Numbered from the stretch's first letter, positions 10,507 through 19,853 are shown. The stretch: DNA of 40,426 nucleotides from Pseudonocardia sp. (GCA_035695525.1 DASRSC010000048.1:1-40426); one strand, 5' to 3'. A program made the numbers and translations. Notes: a model not told the origin generated them from the sequence alone.

Positions 10507-11055
10507 GTGCGCATAGTGGCCGGCGCGGCAGGCGGCCGAAGGCTGCTGGTGCCCCCGAAGGGCACGAGGCCGACCTCGGACCGGGTGCGTGAGGCGCTGT
10601 TCAGCGCACTGGAGAACGACCCGGGGATCGAGGGCGCCGCCGTGCTCGACCTCTGCGCCGGGTCGGGCGCCCTCGGGCTGGAGGCGCTCTCCCGAGGCGC
10701 GGACCATGCTCTGTTCGTCGAGTCCGACCGGCGGGCGGCCACGGTTCTGCGACGCAACGTCGCCGCCATCGGGCTGGCCGGCGCGGTCGTCCGCTCGGCG
10801 CCTGCAGCTACCGTTCTCGGTGCGGCGGCTGACCGGGCCTACGACATCGTGCTCGTCGACCCGCCCTACGGCGTGCCGGACGCCGAGGTCGCCGGCTGGC
10901 TCACCGCGGCCGCGGCACACGGATGGCTGGCCGATGCCGCCACGGTCGTGGTGGAGCGGGCTTCGCGCGGCGGCTCGTTTCCCTGGCCGGAGCCGTTGCG
11001 AGGCGTGCGTGAGCGTCGGTACGGGGAGACGGCGCTGCACGTCGCCCTCCGGTAG
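10507..11055 (+). CDS. rsmD: 16S rRNA m2G966 methyltransferase RsmD
   Basis: MRIVAG...TRPTSDRVREALF, LDLCAGSGALGLEALSRGA, DPPY; next to coaD. Confidence 0.95.
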   Translation: MRIVAGAAGGRRLLVPPKGTRPTSDRVREALFSALENDPGIEGAAVLDLCAGSGALGLEALSRGADHALFVESDRRAATVLRRNVAAIGLAGAVVRSAPAATVLGAAADRAYDIVLVDPPYGVPDAEVAGWLTAAAAHGWLADAATVVVERASRGGSFPWPEPLRGVRERRYGETALHVALR

Positions 11056-11079
11056 CGTCCGGGTTGTGAGGTTCCCGAG

Positions 11080-11562
11080 ATGAGGCGCGCCGTATGCCCC
11101 GGCTCGTTCGACCCACCGACCAACGGACATCTCGATGTCATCAGCCGTGCGTCGGCCCTGTTCGACGAGGTCGTCGTCGCGGTGCTGGTCAACAAGAGCA
11201 AGAAGAGCATGTTCAGCGTCGACGAGCGCATGGCGATGCTCGCCGAGATCGCCGTGCCGTACCCGAACGTACGCGTCGGGTCCTTCCACGGCCTCCTGGT
11301 GGACTACTGCCGGGACAATGACATCCGGGCCATCGTCAAGGGCCTGCGAGCGGTCACCGACTTCGACTACGAGCTGCAGATGGCGCAGATGAACCAGCGG
11401 CTGTCCGGTGTGGACACGCTGTTCATGTCGACCAGCCCCGACTACAGCTTCGTGTCGAGCTCGCTGATCAAGGAGGTGGCGACCTACGGCGGCGACGTCG
11501 CCCACCTCCTGCCGGAGTCGGTACATCGCCGTCTCCTCGAGCGGATCGCCGAACGTTCCTGA
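11080..11562 (+). CDS. coaD: Phosphopantetheine adenylyltransferase
   Basis: [17 protein letters not shown]...[17 protein letters not shown]. Confidence 0.97.
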   Translation: MRRAVCPGSFDPPTNGHLDVISRASALFDEVVVAVLVNKSKKSMFSVDERMAMLAEIAVPYPNVRVGSFHGLLVDYCRDNDIRAIVKGLRAVTDFDYELQMAQMNQRLSGVDTLFMSTSPDYSFVSSSLIKEVATYGGDVAHLLPESVHRRLLERIAERS

Positions 11563-11640
11563 GTCACCCGTTCGGGAACTTGACACGCGGGAGCGCGGGC
11601 AATTCGAGCCGCGGCGGTGTCGCGGTGAGAGGATGCCCCC

Positions 11641-12387
11641 GTGTACCGGGTCTTCGAATCGCTCGACGCGCTGGTCACGGTCGTCGAGGAGGCTCGGGGT
11701 GTCCCGATGACCTCGAACTGCGTCGTTCCCCGCGGTGACGTGCTCGAGCTGCTCGACGACGTCCGGGAGGCGCTGCCCGGCGAGCTGGACGATGCCCAGG
11801 ACGTGCTCGACCGGCGTGACGAGCTGGTGGACGAGGCGGCACAGGAGGCCGAGCAGACGCGCTCCGGTGCGCAGGCCGACGCCGCGGAGATGCTCGCCGA
11901 GGCGCGCGCGGAGGCCGAGCGCATGGTCGGGGAGGCCCGCGCGGAGGCGGAGCAGACCCTCGCGCAGGCCCGGCACGATGCGGAGCGGGCCGTCACGGAG
12001 GGCCGCCGCCAATACACGGAGCTGACCGACCGGGCCCAGGCCGAGGCAGATCGGCTCGCCCATGCCGGCCGCGCCGCACACGACCGCTACATCGCGGACG
12101 GTCAGGCCGAGCAGGCCCGGCTGGTGTCGCAGACCGAGGTGGTGCAGGCGGCCCACGCCGAGGCGGCCCGGCTCGTCGACGGCGCCGAGAGGGAGGTCGA
12201 CCGGCTGCGCCGCGAATGCGACAACTACGTCGACGCGAAGCTGGCCGAGTTCGAGGACGCCCTCGGGAAGGCCCTGCGCACGATCTCCCGGGGCCGCACC
12301 CAGATGTGGCGGGGCGGTTCACCCAACAGCGCCCCGGCCGGGATCCCGAACGGTCGTTCGGGCACCGGTATGGACCTCATCGACTGA
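11641..12387 (+). CDS. sepIVA: DivIVA-like coiled-coil cell-division protein SepIVA (Rv2927c family)
   Basis: N-terminus MYRVFESLDAL...EEARGVPMT..CVVPRGDVLELLDD matches the family; long Ala/Glu coiled coil; follows coaD. Confidence 0.85.
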   Translation: MYRVFESLDALVTVVEEARGVPMTSNCVVPRGDVLELLDDVREALPGELDDAQDVLDRRDELVDEAAQEAEQTRSGAQADAAEMLAEARAEAERMVGEARAEAEQTLAQARHDAERAVTEGRRQYTELTDRAQAEADRLAHAGRAAHDRYIADGQAEQARLVSQTEVVQAAHAEAARLVDGAEREVDRLRRECDNYVDAKLAEFEDALGKALRTISRGRTQMWRGGSPNSAPAGIPNGRSGTGMDLID

Positions 12388-12591
12388 GGCGACATCGCCC
12401 CGGATCACCTCTTGATCACCATCGGGTGCCTACCGTCTTCGTCGCGTTACTCTCTGCCAGTGGCACGTGGCCAGGTCGAACCTGATCCGTCCATCTGGTG
12501 GGAGCGGTACGGCCACCGGTTGGAACCGCGCTCGGGGGTCACGACCACGGACCGGCGACGTGCGGGAGCGGGTCCGCAGCCAGGGGGTGCA

Positions 12592-13560
12592 GTGAGCGCG
12601 ACGGGAGATCCATCCCCGGTCGGTCCGGTGCTGGGGGACGGGACGCCGACGACGGCCTCGGAGCTGAGCTCGGAGGCCATTCTGCGGGCCAGACCGGACG
12701 AGCCGGCCTCGGGCTGGCGCCGCGCCGTCCTCCGCGCCACCGGGGGCCTGGTGAACCCGGGGCCGAGCCCCGCCGAGGTGCAGTGGCGGGATCAGCTCCA
12801 TCGCATCCGCCACCCGCTCCTGCAGTCCCACCGGATCGCGGTGACGTCGATCAAGGGCGGGGTAGGCAAGACCACCGTGGTCACGCTGTTGGGTCTTGTC
12901 ATGGCCGAGAACCGCGGCGACCGGGTGATCGTCCTCGACGCCAACCCCGATGCCGGGACGCTGGCCGACCGCCTCACCGGCGAGTCGTCGGTCACCGTCC
13001 GCGAGCTGCTCCGTGACCTCCACCGCATCCACTCCTGGACCGAGGTCTCCCGCTACACCAGCCTGGCCGGACGCCTGCAGGTGCTGGCATCCGAGCAGGA
13101 CCCGGCGTCCAGCGACGCGTTCAGCCGCGAGGAGTACGAGCACATCTGCGGATTACTCGACCGCTTCTTCAACATCATCATCACGGACTCGGGCACCGGC
13201 CTCGTGCACTCCGCGATGGAGGGCACCCTCAAGCTCGCCGACAGCCTCATCGTCGTCGGGGCGCCCACCGTGGACGGGGCGGGCCGTGCGAGCAAGACCC
13301 TCGACTGGCTGCACGCGCACGAGCACACCGCGCTCGCGTCGGAGGCCGTGGTCGTGCTGTCCTGCGACCGGGTCAGCGCGGAGGTCGATCGCGAGCGGAT
13401 CCGCGAGCACTTCACCGCCCGGTGCCGCGCCGTCATCGAGCTACCGCACGACCCGCATCTCGCGACGGGCGGCCGGGTGGAGATCGCCCGGCTGCGGCCC
13501 GCCACCCGCGACGCGGCCTTCCAGCTCGCGGCACTCATGGCCGACCGCTTCGTCCTCTGA
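12592..13560 (+). CDS. MinD/ParA-family ATPase, actinobacterial Rv0530/EspI-like type, copy 1
   Basis: Deviant Walker A SIKGGVGKTT, LDANPDAGTLADR, ITDSGTG, PHDPHLATGG. GTG 12592 chosen; frame is open from 12412, so the start is uncertain. Confidence 0.88.
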   Translation: MSATGDPSPVGPVLGDGTPTTASELSSEAILRARPDEPASGWRRAVLRATGGLVNPGPSPAEVQWRDQLHRIRHPLLQSHRIAVTSIKGGVGKTTVVTLLGLVMAENRGDRVIVLDANPDAGTLADRLTGESSVTVRELLRDLHRIHSWTEVSRYTSLAGRLQVLASEQDPASSDAFSREEYEHICGLLDRFFNIIITDSGTGLVHSAMEGTLKLADSLIVVGAPTVDGAGRASKTLDWLHAHEHTALASEAVVVLSCDRVSAEVDRERIREHFTARCRAVIELPHDPHLATGGRVEIARLRPATRDAAFQLAALMADRFVL

Positions 13561-13802
13561 GCGCGGTCGCCACGCTGTCGCGATGAGTCTGCGGCGATCA
13601 ACTACAGCGGTACTCTTCGGACATTCGCGATGATCGGGCGCAGCCTGTGATCAGGGGGAGTGGTGGCCGTGAGCGGCCGGGGGAGCACCGCCGCGGCGGG
13701 AGCGGGGAACGACGACCGGAGCGGTACGACGGGTGTGCGTAGGCTGCCGGCCATCGCGACGTCCCGTTCGGCTGCGCTCGCCCTACCGGAGGTGGCACGG
13801 GG

Positions 13803-14972
13803 ATGACGCAGCCGCGCGAGGCGACCGGCGGCACCCGGGCCGACGCCGCACCCGACGAGCCGAAAGCGGCCCCCGCCGAGGGGCCGGTCGCCGCCACCAC
13901 GTCCGCCGGATCGCCCGACCACTCCGGCGGCAGCTCCACCGACTCCGATGAGTTCGCTGCACGTCCGGGGGCGGAGCCCCCGACCACGCCCCGCTCCCGC
14001 CCCGAAGCCGCCAGCGCCGCGGAGCTCACCGAGGACGCCATCGTGCGCTTCCGCAGCGATCGTCCCCAGCGCGGTTGGCGGGGGGCGCTCTACAAGATCA
14101 CCGGCGGGGTGGTGAACCCCGGTGTGGGTGCGGCCGAGCGGGCCCGGCAGGACCAGCTCCGCCGAATCCGACGCCCGTTGCCCGGCTCCCACCAGATCGC
14201 GGTCAGCTCGCTCAAGGGAGGGGTCGGCAAGACCACGGTCTCGGCGTGCCTGGGGCTCGTGCTGGCGGAGAACCGGGGCGACCGGGTGATCGCTCTCGAT
14301 GCCAATCCCGACGCCGGCACACTGGCCGACCGTCTCACCACCGAGACGTCGGTGACGGTCCGGAACCTGCTCGACAACATCCACGCCACGCACTCGCTCA
14401 CCGACATCGCGCGCTACACCAGCCTTGCCGGCAGGCTGCAGGTTCTCGCGTCGGAGCAGGACCCGGCGATGAGCGAGGCGTTCAGCCGCGACGAGTACGA
14501 GCAGGTCTGCGAGGTGCTCACCCGCTTCTACAACATCGTGATCACCGACTCGGGCACGGGCCTGGTGCATTCGGCGATGGAGGGCACGCTGGCGCTGGCC
14601 GACAGCCTGGTGGTGGTCGGTGCCCCGACCGTCGACGGCGCGAGCAGGGCCAGCAAGACTCTCGACTGGTTGATTGCGCACGGCCACGCCACGCAGGTGG
14701 CGAACGCAGTCGTGGTGCTCAGCTGCGACCGGATGAGTAAGGAGGTCGACCTGGAGCGGGTCAGGGGGCACTTCGCGGCCCGCTGTCGCGCCGTGGTCGA
14801 GATCCCGCACGACCCGCACCTCGCCACCGGCGGCCGGATCGAGCTCGCACGGTTGCGGCCGGCCACCCACGACGCCTTCCTGACCCTCGCCGCACTGCTT
14901 GCCGATGCCTTCGACTCCTCCAAGGCTCCCGTCCGGCAGGTCGCGCCTGAGCAGGTGCCGAGCCTGAGCTGA
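13803..14972 (+). CDS. MinD/ParA-family ATPase, copy 2
   Basis: SLKGGVGKTT, LDANPDAGTLADR, ITDSGTG; GGAGG RBS before ATG; disordered N-terminal extension of about 70 aa. Confidence 0.92.
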   Translation: MTQPREATGGTRADAAPDEPKAAPAEGPVAATTSAGSPDHSGGSSTDSDEFAARPGAEPPTTPRSRPEAASAAELTEDAIVRFRSDRPQRGWRGALYKITGGVVNPGVGAAERARQDQLRRIRRPLPGSHQIAVSSLKGGVGKTTVSACLGLVLAENRGDRVIALDANPDAGTLADRLTTETSVTVRNLLDNIHATHSLTDIARYTSLAGRLQVLASEQDPAMSEAFSRDEYEQVCEVLTRFYNIVITDSGTGLVHSAMEGTLALADSLVVVGAPTVDGASRASKTLDWLIAHGHATQVANAVVVLSCDRMSKEVDLERVRGHFAARCRAVVEIPHDPHLATGGRIELARLRPATHDAFLTLAALLADAFDSSKAPVRQVAPEQVPSLS

Positions 14973-15126
14973 GCGAGCACGCCAGGCGACCTGCCCTGGA
15001 CGTGCCTGCCCGCGCTGGGCGGCTGCACGCCGGCGGCGGACGCCCGGGGGCAGAGTTCGTGACCACACGAGGATGCCGGGCCGTGCCGCACTGATCTGCG
15101 GCACAGCCCGGCATGGGTCGTATCGA

Positions 15127-17304
15127 TCAGCCCCTGCTGGAGCTACTGGGCTTGGAGCTGTCGCTCTTGGAGCTGCCTGGCTTCGAGCTGTCGCCCTTCG
15201 AGCTGTCGCCCTTGGAGCCGCTGGCCTTGGAGCTGCCGCCCTTCGAGCTGCCGGCGTCGGAGCTGTTGGTTCTGGTGGTCTTCTTGCCGGTGGCCGTGTC
15301 GCCGCCGCTGTCGGAGCTGTTGATCCTGGTCTTCTTGCCGGTCGGCCTGCTGCCGCTGTCGGAGCCGGTGGGCGTGGTCGCGCCGGCCTTGCTGCCGTCC
15401 GACGTCCGGTCCTTGGCCTTGCTGCTGGTGTTCTGGTGGCTTGCGGAGCCGGGGTTGGTGGCCCTCGTGCTCGTCCTGCCCTCACCCGTGCTGCCTGCTG
15501 CCGTGCCACGATCGTTCCTCGAGGCCGTGGACGTGCCGGACCTGCTCTTCACGCCCGGGGCCGTCGTGCCGGCCTTCGAACCGCGTTCCTTCGCCGGAGC
15601 GAGCACCCCCGCCACCGCGCGGTCTGCAGCGGCTTTCGCCGCGGCCTTGGCGCGTTCGGCCTTGCCGCGCGGCTTGCTCGTGGAGCTCACCTTGCGGTCA
15701 CCGCCTGCCGACTGCTGCGTCTCCTGGCGTCGATCAGCCTGCGAACCGGGGTCCGCGCTCCCGCCCCGTTCGGACTTTCCGACCGACCCGGACCGCCTCG
15801 ACGAGTCGGCGTTCGAGGAGCTGGAGCTGCGCTGGTCGTCTGACCTGCCGAGCACCAAATCGGAGACCGTGTTGACGACCTTGCTGACTGGCCTGACCCG
15901 CTCCTCGGACCGCTCCGAGCGGTCGTCGTCGTTCGACTGTCCGTTCGTGGCGGCCTTCTCGGCGGTATCCACGACGTGTCCGGCGGTGCGGATGACGGCA
16001 CCGCTCGTGCGGACCGCGTTGGTCACGGCTCCGTTGGTCACGGCTCCGTTGGTCACGGCCTCGTTGGTGACGGCCCCGTTGGTCACGGCGCCGCTCGTCC
16101 GGCCCCTGCTCTCCGTGGCGTTGCCGTCCTGGCCGCGGTCGACGCGCTGTGCGACGACAAGGCCGCCGGCCGGCCGGGACGGGTCGGGGGGCGCCGTGGA
16201 GCTGATGGTCTGCCGTTCCTCGCGCGTGCTCTCGCGGCGGGGAGCGATCGCCGGTGCCTGCTCGCGCGCTTCCGCCTGGGGGCGCGGGTCGGGCCGATGG
16301 TCCATCAGCGCCAGGACCCGCTCGACGATCGGTGTGGTCTGATCGGTCTCGTCCGGTAGCGGCGCGGCGAGCGCCTCCTGGACACCGCTGCGGAGGGTGG
16401 CGAGCTCCTGCATGTTGTAGTCGCGCTGCTGGAGGTGCAGGTCGCGCTGCGCCGCCAGGTTCCGGACAGCCTCGGCCTGGTCGAGAGAGCTCGTCTGCTC
16501 CGGGGCGGTGCGCAGGGCCCGCTCCACGGCGTCGAGCTGGCCCTGCGCCGCAGCGAGGTCGGTGGTGACGTCCGACAGGTTCCGGAAGGCCCCGATCTGC
16601 GACTGCAACGTGACCCGCTGCTGTTCCAGGAGCGCCTTCCGCTCCTGGAGGGCACGCAAGGCGCCCGGCTGCCCGCTTCGCTGGTGTTCGGGCAGCCGGG
16701 TCCAGCTCGCTTCGGTGAGCGCGACGATGTCGAGCTGCTTGTTGATCGACGCGAGGACGATCTCGGCGTGGGCGACCCACTGGTCGGCGTTCGCGGTGGG
16801 CGGAGGCACGGACGGCGGCTGTGCCTGCGGCGTGACCGGCACCGGGGTGCTCGTCAGGAGGTAGCCGCCGCCTCCGGCGATCAGACTGGCAACCGCGACG
16901 CTGGCGACTGCTCGTTTGCGAAGCAGCGAGGCCGCAGCCTTGCGCTCACCCGCGCTTCGCGCAGCGAAGCGGTTCTCCGGGCGCGGATGCTCGGGCTTCG
17001 GCGGTGGTGGCGGCGTCGGTGTGATGACCCAGCTCGCGGCGGCGCTCCACGGGCTCACGGAGCGAGGGGGCGGCGGAACCGCCTCGGGCGTCGCGTCCGC
17101 CGTGACGGGGACCGTGAGTGCCGCGGGGGCCGCCACCGTCGGGACCTCGGGCTCCGCGTTGTTGTGGGCCGCCAGATGGCGCTGCTTCCGGGCAGCAGCC
17201 CGATGGGCGGGCGTGCAGTACCGACGCGGAGGCCCGCCGCCGTCGGGCTGCTCGATGGTCTCGCTGCACCCCGGTAGGGCACACGTGTTCGGCTCGTCGG
17301 TCAT
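15127..17304 (-). CDS. Hypothetical membrane-anchored protein: C3H zinc-finger-like motif, Pro-rich linker, one TM, coiled coil, long low-complexity repeat tail
   Basis: 725 aa; C-x4-C-x16-C-x3-H; TM RAVASVAVASLIAGGGGYLL after a basic patch; Gln/Leu heptad region; GAVTN and xxSSK repeats; GGGGGA before ATG. Confidence 0.8.
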   Translation of the reverse strand: MTDEPNTCALPGCSETIEQPDGGGPPRRYCTPAHRAAARKQRHLAAHNNAEPEVPTVAAPAALTVPVTADATPEAVPPPPRSVSPWSAAASWVITPTPPPPPKPEHPRPENRFAARSAGERKAAASLLRKRAVASVAVASLIAGGGGYLLTSTPVPVTPQAQPPSVPPPTANADQWVAHAEIVLASINKQLDIVALTEASWTRLPEHQRSGQPGALRALQERKALLEQQRVTLQSQIGAFRNLSDVTTDLAAAQGQLDAVERALRTAPEQTSSLDQAEAVRNLAAQRDLHLQQRDYNMQELATLRSGVQEALAAPLPDETDQTTPIVERVLALMDHRPDPRPQAEAREQAPAIAPRRESTREERQTISSTAPPDPSRPAGGLVVAQRVDRGQDGNATESRGRTSGAVTNGAVTNEAVTNGAVTNGAVTNAVRTSGAVIRTAGHVVDTAEKAATNGQSNDDDRSERSEERVRPVSKVVNTVSDLVLGRSDDQRSSSSSNADSSRRSGSVGKSERGGSADPGSQADRRQETQQSAGGDRKVSSTSKPRGKAERAKAAAKAAADRAVAGVLAPAKERGSKAGTTAPGVKSRSGTSTASRNDRGTAAGSTGEGRTSTRATNPGSASHQNTSSKAKDRTSDGSKAGATTPTGSDSGSRPTGKKTRINSSDSGGDTATGKKTTRTNSSDAGSSKGGSSKASGSKGDSSKGDSSKPGSSKSDSSKPSSSSRG
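15137..15271. repeat. 15-bp degenerate tandem repeat, about 9 units, encoding xxSSK pentapeptides
   Basis: Consecutive units such as TTGGAGCTGTCGCTC, TTCGAGCTGTCGCCC x2, TTGGAGCTGCCGCCC. Confidence 0.85.
16016..16090. repeat. 15-bp tandem repeat, 5 units, encoding (G/E)AVTN
   Basis: CCGTTGGTCACGGCN-like units in tandem with degenerate flanking copies. Confidence 0.9.
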
Positions 17305-17636
17305 CTCGTCCCCCCAGGAGAGGTCACCTATGTGTCGTGTTCAGGGCCTCGCCATAACGCGGCCAGGAGTTGGCGCCGTCAGGCACTGCTCAACCGCCAC
17401 CTGCCCCCGTGCATCTCCGCCGCTGCCCAGGCAGACGCCGTCGCAGGCGGATGGGCGTACGGAGCGCACGGCTGCGATTGTCGTTGATCGCACTGCCGTG
17501 CTGATGCCAGCACGATGCCTGAATGGGGAGCAGTGGACGACATTGACCGTTGTGCCCGGATCGGCGCGCATCGTCACGAACGACGACTCGGCGGAACCGC
17601 AATCGGCGCGGACGTCGCGATCCAATCGCCGGACCA

Positions 17637-19556
17637 TCAGGATCGCAGCACCGTCTGCTCGCGCAATGTTGCGCCCGATCGGTCGTGGCGACGTGCTGGG
17701 TCGTGGGCCGCGCGTCCTTCGGCCTCGATCAGGCGTTGCCTCACGGCGTCGATCTGGGCCGGCGAGTCCTCCAGCGTCAGGCGCTGCGCGGCGAAAGCGC
17801 GGGTCAGGTCGTGCAACTGATACCCGCCGTCGGCGCGCCGATCCAGCAGGCCGGCCTCGGCCAGCTGGTCCAGACCGGTCGCCGTGGCCGCGATCGGGCT
17901 CTCCGTCAGGGCCGCGACCACCGCCAGGGCGACCCGATCACCCGGCACGAGGCTGATCAGTCGTAGCAGCCGCTGCTGCTCGGCGTCCAGCTGCACGTAG
18001 GACGCCTCGAGCGCGCTGGCCACCCCCATCTGCCCTTCGCCCTCGATCCGTAGTGCCGAGACCGGCTCCCCGACCCGCAGCTCGTCGAGGTAGGCGGCGA
18101 GCGACAGGTGGGGTCGCGTCACGAGGTGGGCAGCGGCGACGCGCAGTGCCAGCGGCAGCCCGGCGCAGAGTGCGATCAGCTCGTCGGTGGCGGCTGGATC
18201 TGCCGCCAGCCGCTTCTCGCCGACGATGCCGCGCAGCACCGTGTCCGCCTCGTCCGGCCGCAGCATCCCGACCGCCACCCGGTGGCCCCCGGGGGAGACC
18301 AGCAGGCCGGCCAGCTCGTGGCGACTCGTGACCACCACCCCGCAGGTGGGGGAGCCGGGCAGCAGCGTCCGGACCTGCGCGGGGCTGTTCACGTTGTCCA
18401 GGACGATGAGCAGCCGACGTCCGGCGGTCAGTGAGCGGTACGTCGCGATCGCGTCGTCCAGTCGTCGCGGCAGTCCCTCCGGTGGCATTCCGAGCGCCCG
18501 TAGGAAATGGGCCACGGCCTCCTCGGTCGTCCGCGGTGGGGCGGCGCCGTACCCGCCGAGGTCGACGAACAGCTGGCCGTCGGGGAATCGATCGACGAGC
18601 CGGTGGGCGGCATGGACGGCCACGGTCGTCTTCCCCACTCCTGGCGGTCCTGCCACCACGACCAGACGTGCCGCGGCGGAGTTTCCAGCTCCCAGCAGGG
18701 TCGTGATCTGCTCGATCTCACGGTGGCGTCCGACGACGCCCGCGGGTGCCATGGGGAGCTGCCGGACCCCGTGCGAGACCGCGATCGCCTGCGAGCCGGC
18801 GGGCGGCTCGGTCCGCCGCAGGATCTGCTCGTGGGCGGCGCGCAGCTCCGGGCCGGGGTCGATGCCCAGCTCGTCGGCCAGTAGCCGCGTCACCTCCCGG
18901 TAGGCCTCGAGTGCCTCGCCCTGCCGGCCCGTGGCGTAGAGCGCCCGCATCCACTGCGCCCAGAACCGTTCCCGCAGCGGGTGGCTCAGCACGAGCCCGA
19001 TGAGCTCCTCGGACAGCTCCGCATGGCGGCCGAGCCGGAGGTCAACGTCGATCCGGAGCTCCAATGCCTGCAGATACCGCTCGACGAGGCGGGGCACCTC
19101 GGTGCGGTGCAGGGCCGGTGACGCGACGTTCGTCAGCGGCGGTACCGCCCGCCACAGCTGCAGCGCCTCGGCGAGGCCCGCCGACGCGCCGTGGTCGTCA
19201 CCCTGCTCGGCAGCGCGCCTGCCCTGGTGGACCAGGGCGTCCGAGCGGTCCAGGTCGAGCTGACCGGGCAGGAGCTCGATGCGGTAGCCGTCGGGCTCGG
19301 TCTGGATGGTGACGTCGGTGCCGGACAGAGCCTGCCGCAGACGCATCACGTACTTCTGCACGGCGCCCCGGCTGTCGAAAGGGGCGGCACCGTCCCACAG
19401 CTGATCGGTCAGATCCGTGATGGACACGGTCCGGTTGGCCCGCAGCAGCAGTGCGGCGAGCACGACCCGCTGCTTGCCCGGGGTTACCGGTACCGGTCGT
19501 CCGCCGTTCACGACCTCCAGCGGTCCGAGGACGCGAAAGGCCGCATCCGTGCTCAC
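17637..19556 (-). CDS. AfsR/SARP-family regulator (wHTH + BTAD + NB-ARC) without C-terminal TPRs
   Basis: FRVLGPLEV, BTAD (HPLRERFW...GRQGEAL...ELGIDPGPEL), Walker A GPPGVGKT, Walker B LIVLDN, GLPLAL, LHDL; stop about 50 aa after LHDL. Confidence 0.92.
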   Translation of the reverse strand: MSTDAAFRVLGPLEVVNGGRPVPVTPGKQRVVLAALLLRANRTVSITDLTDQLWDGAAPFDSRGAVQKYVMRLRQALSGTDVTIQTEPDGYRIELLPGQLDLDRSDALVHQGRRAAEQGDDHGASAGLAEALQLWRAVPPLTNVASPALHRTEVPRLVERYLQALELRIDVDLRLGRHAELSEELIGLVLSHPLRERFWAQWMRALYATGRQGEALEAYREVTRLLADELGIDPGPELRAAHEQILRRTEPPAGSQAIAVSHGVRQLPMAPAGVVGRHREIEQITTLLGAGNSAAARLVVVAGPPGVGKTTVAVHAAHRLVDRFPDGQLFVDLGGYGAAPPRTTEEAVAHFLRALGMPPEGLPRRLDDAIATYRSLTAGRRLLIVLDNVNSPAQVRTLLPGSPTCGVVVTSRHELAGLLVSPGGHRVAVGMLRPDEADTVLRGIVGEKRLAADPAATDELIALCAGLPLALRVAAAHLVTRPHLSLAAYLDELRVGEPVSALRIEGEGQMGVASALEASYVQLDAEQQRLLRLISLVPGDRVALAVVAALTESPIAATATGLDQLAEAGLLDRRADGGYQLHDLTRAFAAQRLTLEDSPAQIDAVRQRLIEAEGRAAHDPARRHDRSGATLREQTVLRS

Positions 19557-19635
19557 CGTCGCCCACCTGCTCCCTGTACCGGCGCCTGAGATCGGCGCGC
19601 CGCAGCCGAGGCACGGACAGGTCGGGTGGACGACA

Positions 19636-19790
19636 TACGATCGACACCTCGCACCGTGGTCGACGTCGACGCCCCGCCCCGGTACCGCCGGCGCGCCTCA
19701 AGTGATCACCAACACCATAGGGGATTGTTCTACAATCCACATCATGCTCGTGCGCCGAACCTGGATTGTCGTACGATCGACATCTCGCAC
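19636..19790 (+). repeat. 19-bp direct repeat containing a TACGAT -10 box (19636-19654, 19772-19790)
   Basis: TACGATCGACACCTCGCAC vs TACGATCGACATCTCGCAC, 18/19 identical, 136 bp apart. Confidence 0.75.
19722..19778. promoter_or_regulatory. Two putative GntR/FCD operator palindromes
   Basis: Perfect GGATTGT-TCT-ACAATCC (19722-19738) and imperfect GATTGT-CGT-ACGATC (19764-19778) upstream of the gntR gene; GT...AC core typical of FadR-subfamily sites. Confidence 0.7.
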
Positions 19791-19853
19791 GTCAGTTCGG
19801 CGCTCCGGCTGCGACAGCTCGTACTCGACGTCCACGGCTGCTGGAGGCCCCGA

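Noticed and set aside
6978-10769. 1263-aa minus-strand ORF and 915-aa alternative-frame ORF over pyc
   Set aside because: Shadow ORFs of a high-GC gene; no motifs, and pyc explains the region.
11580-11585. Perfect TTGACA -35 upstream of sepIVA
   Set aside because: No convincing -10 at 16-19 bp spacing.
15113-16342. 409-aa Leu/Pro-rich plus-strand ORF resembling a membrane protein
   Set aside because: Antisense mirror of the Ser/Lys/Thr repeats of the 725-aa gene, which has an RBS and coherent architecture.
17385-17428. CTGCCC repeats 22 bp apart as SARP heptamer sites
   Set aside because: Too short and GC-rich to separate from chance; no clear linked -10.
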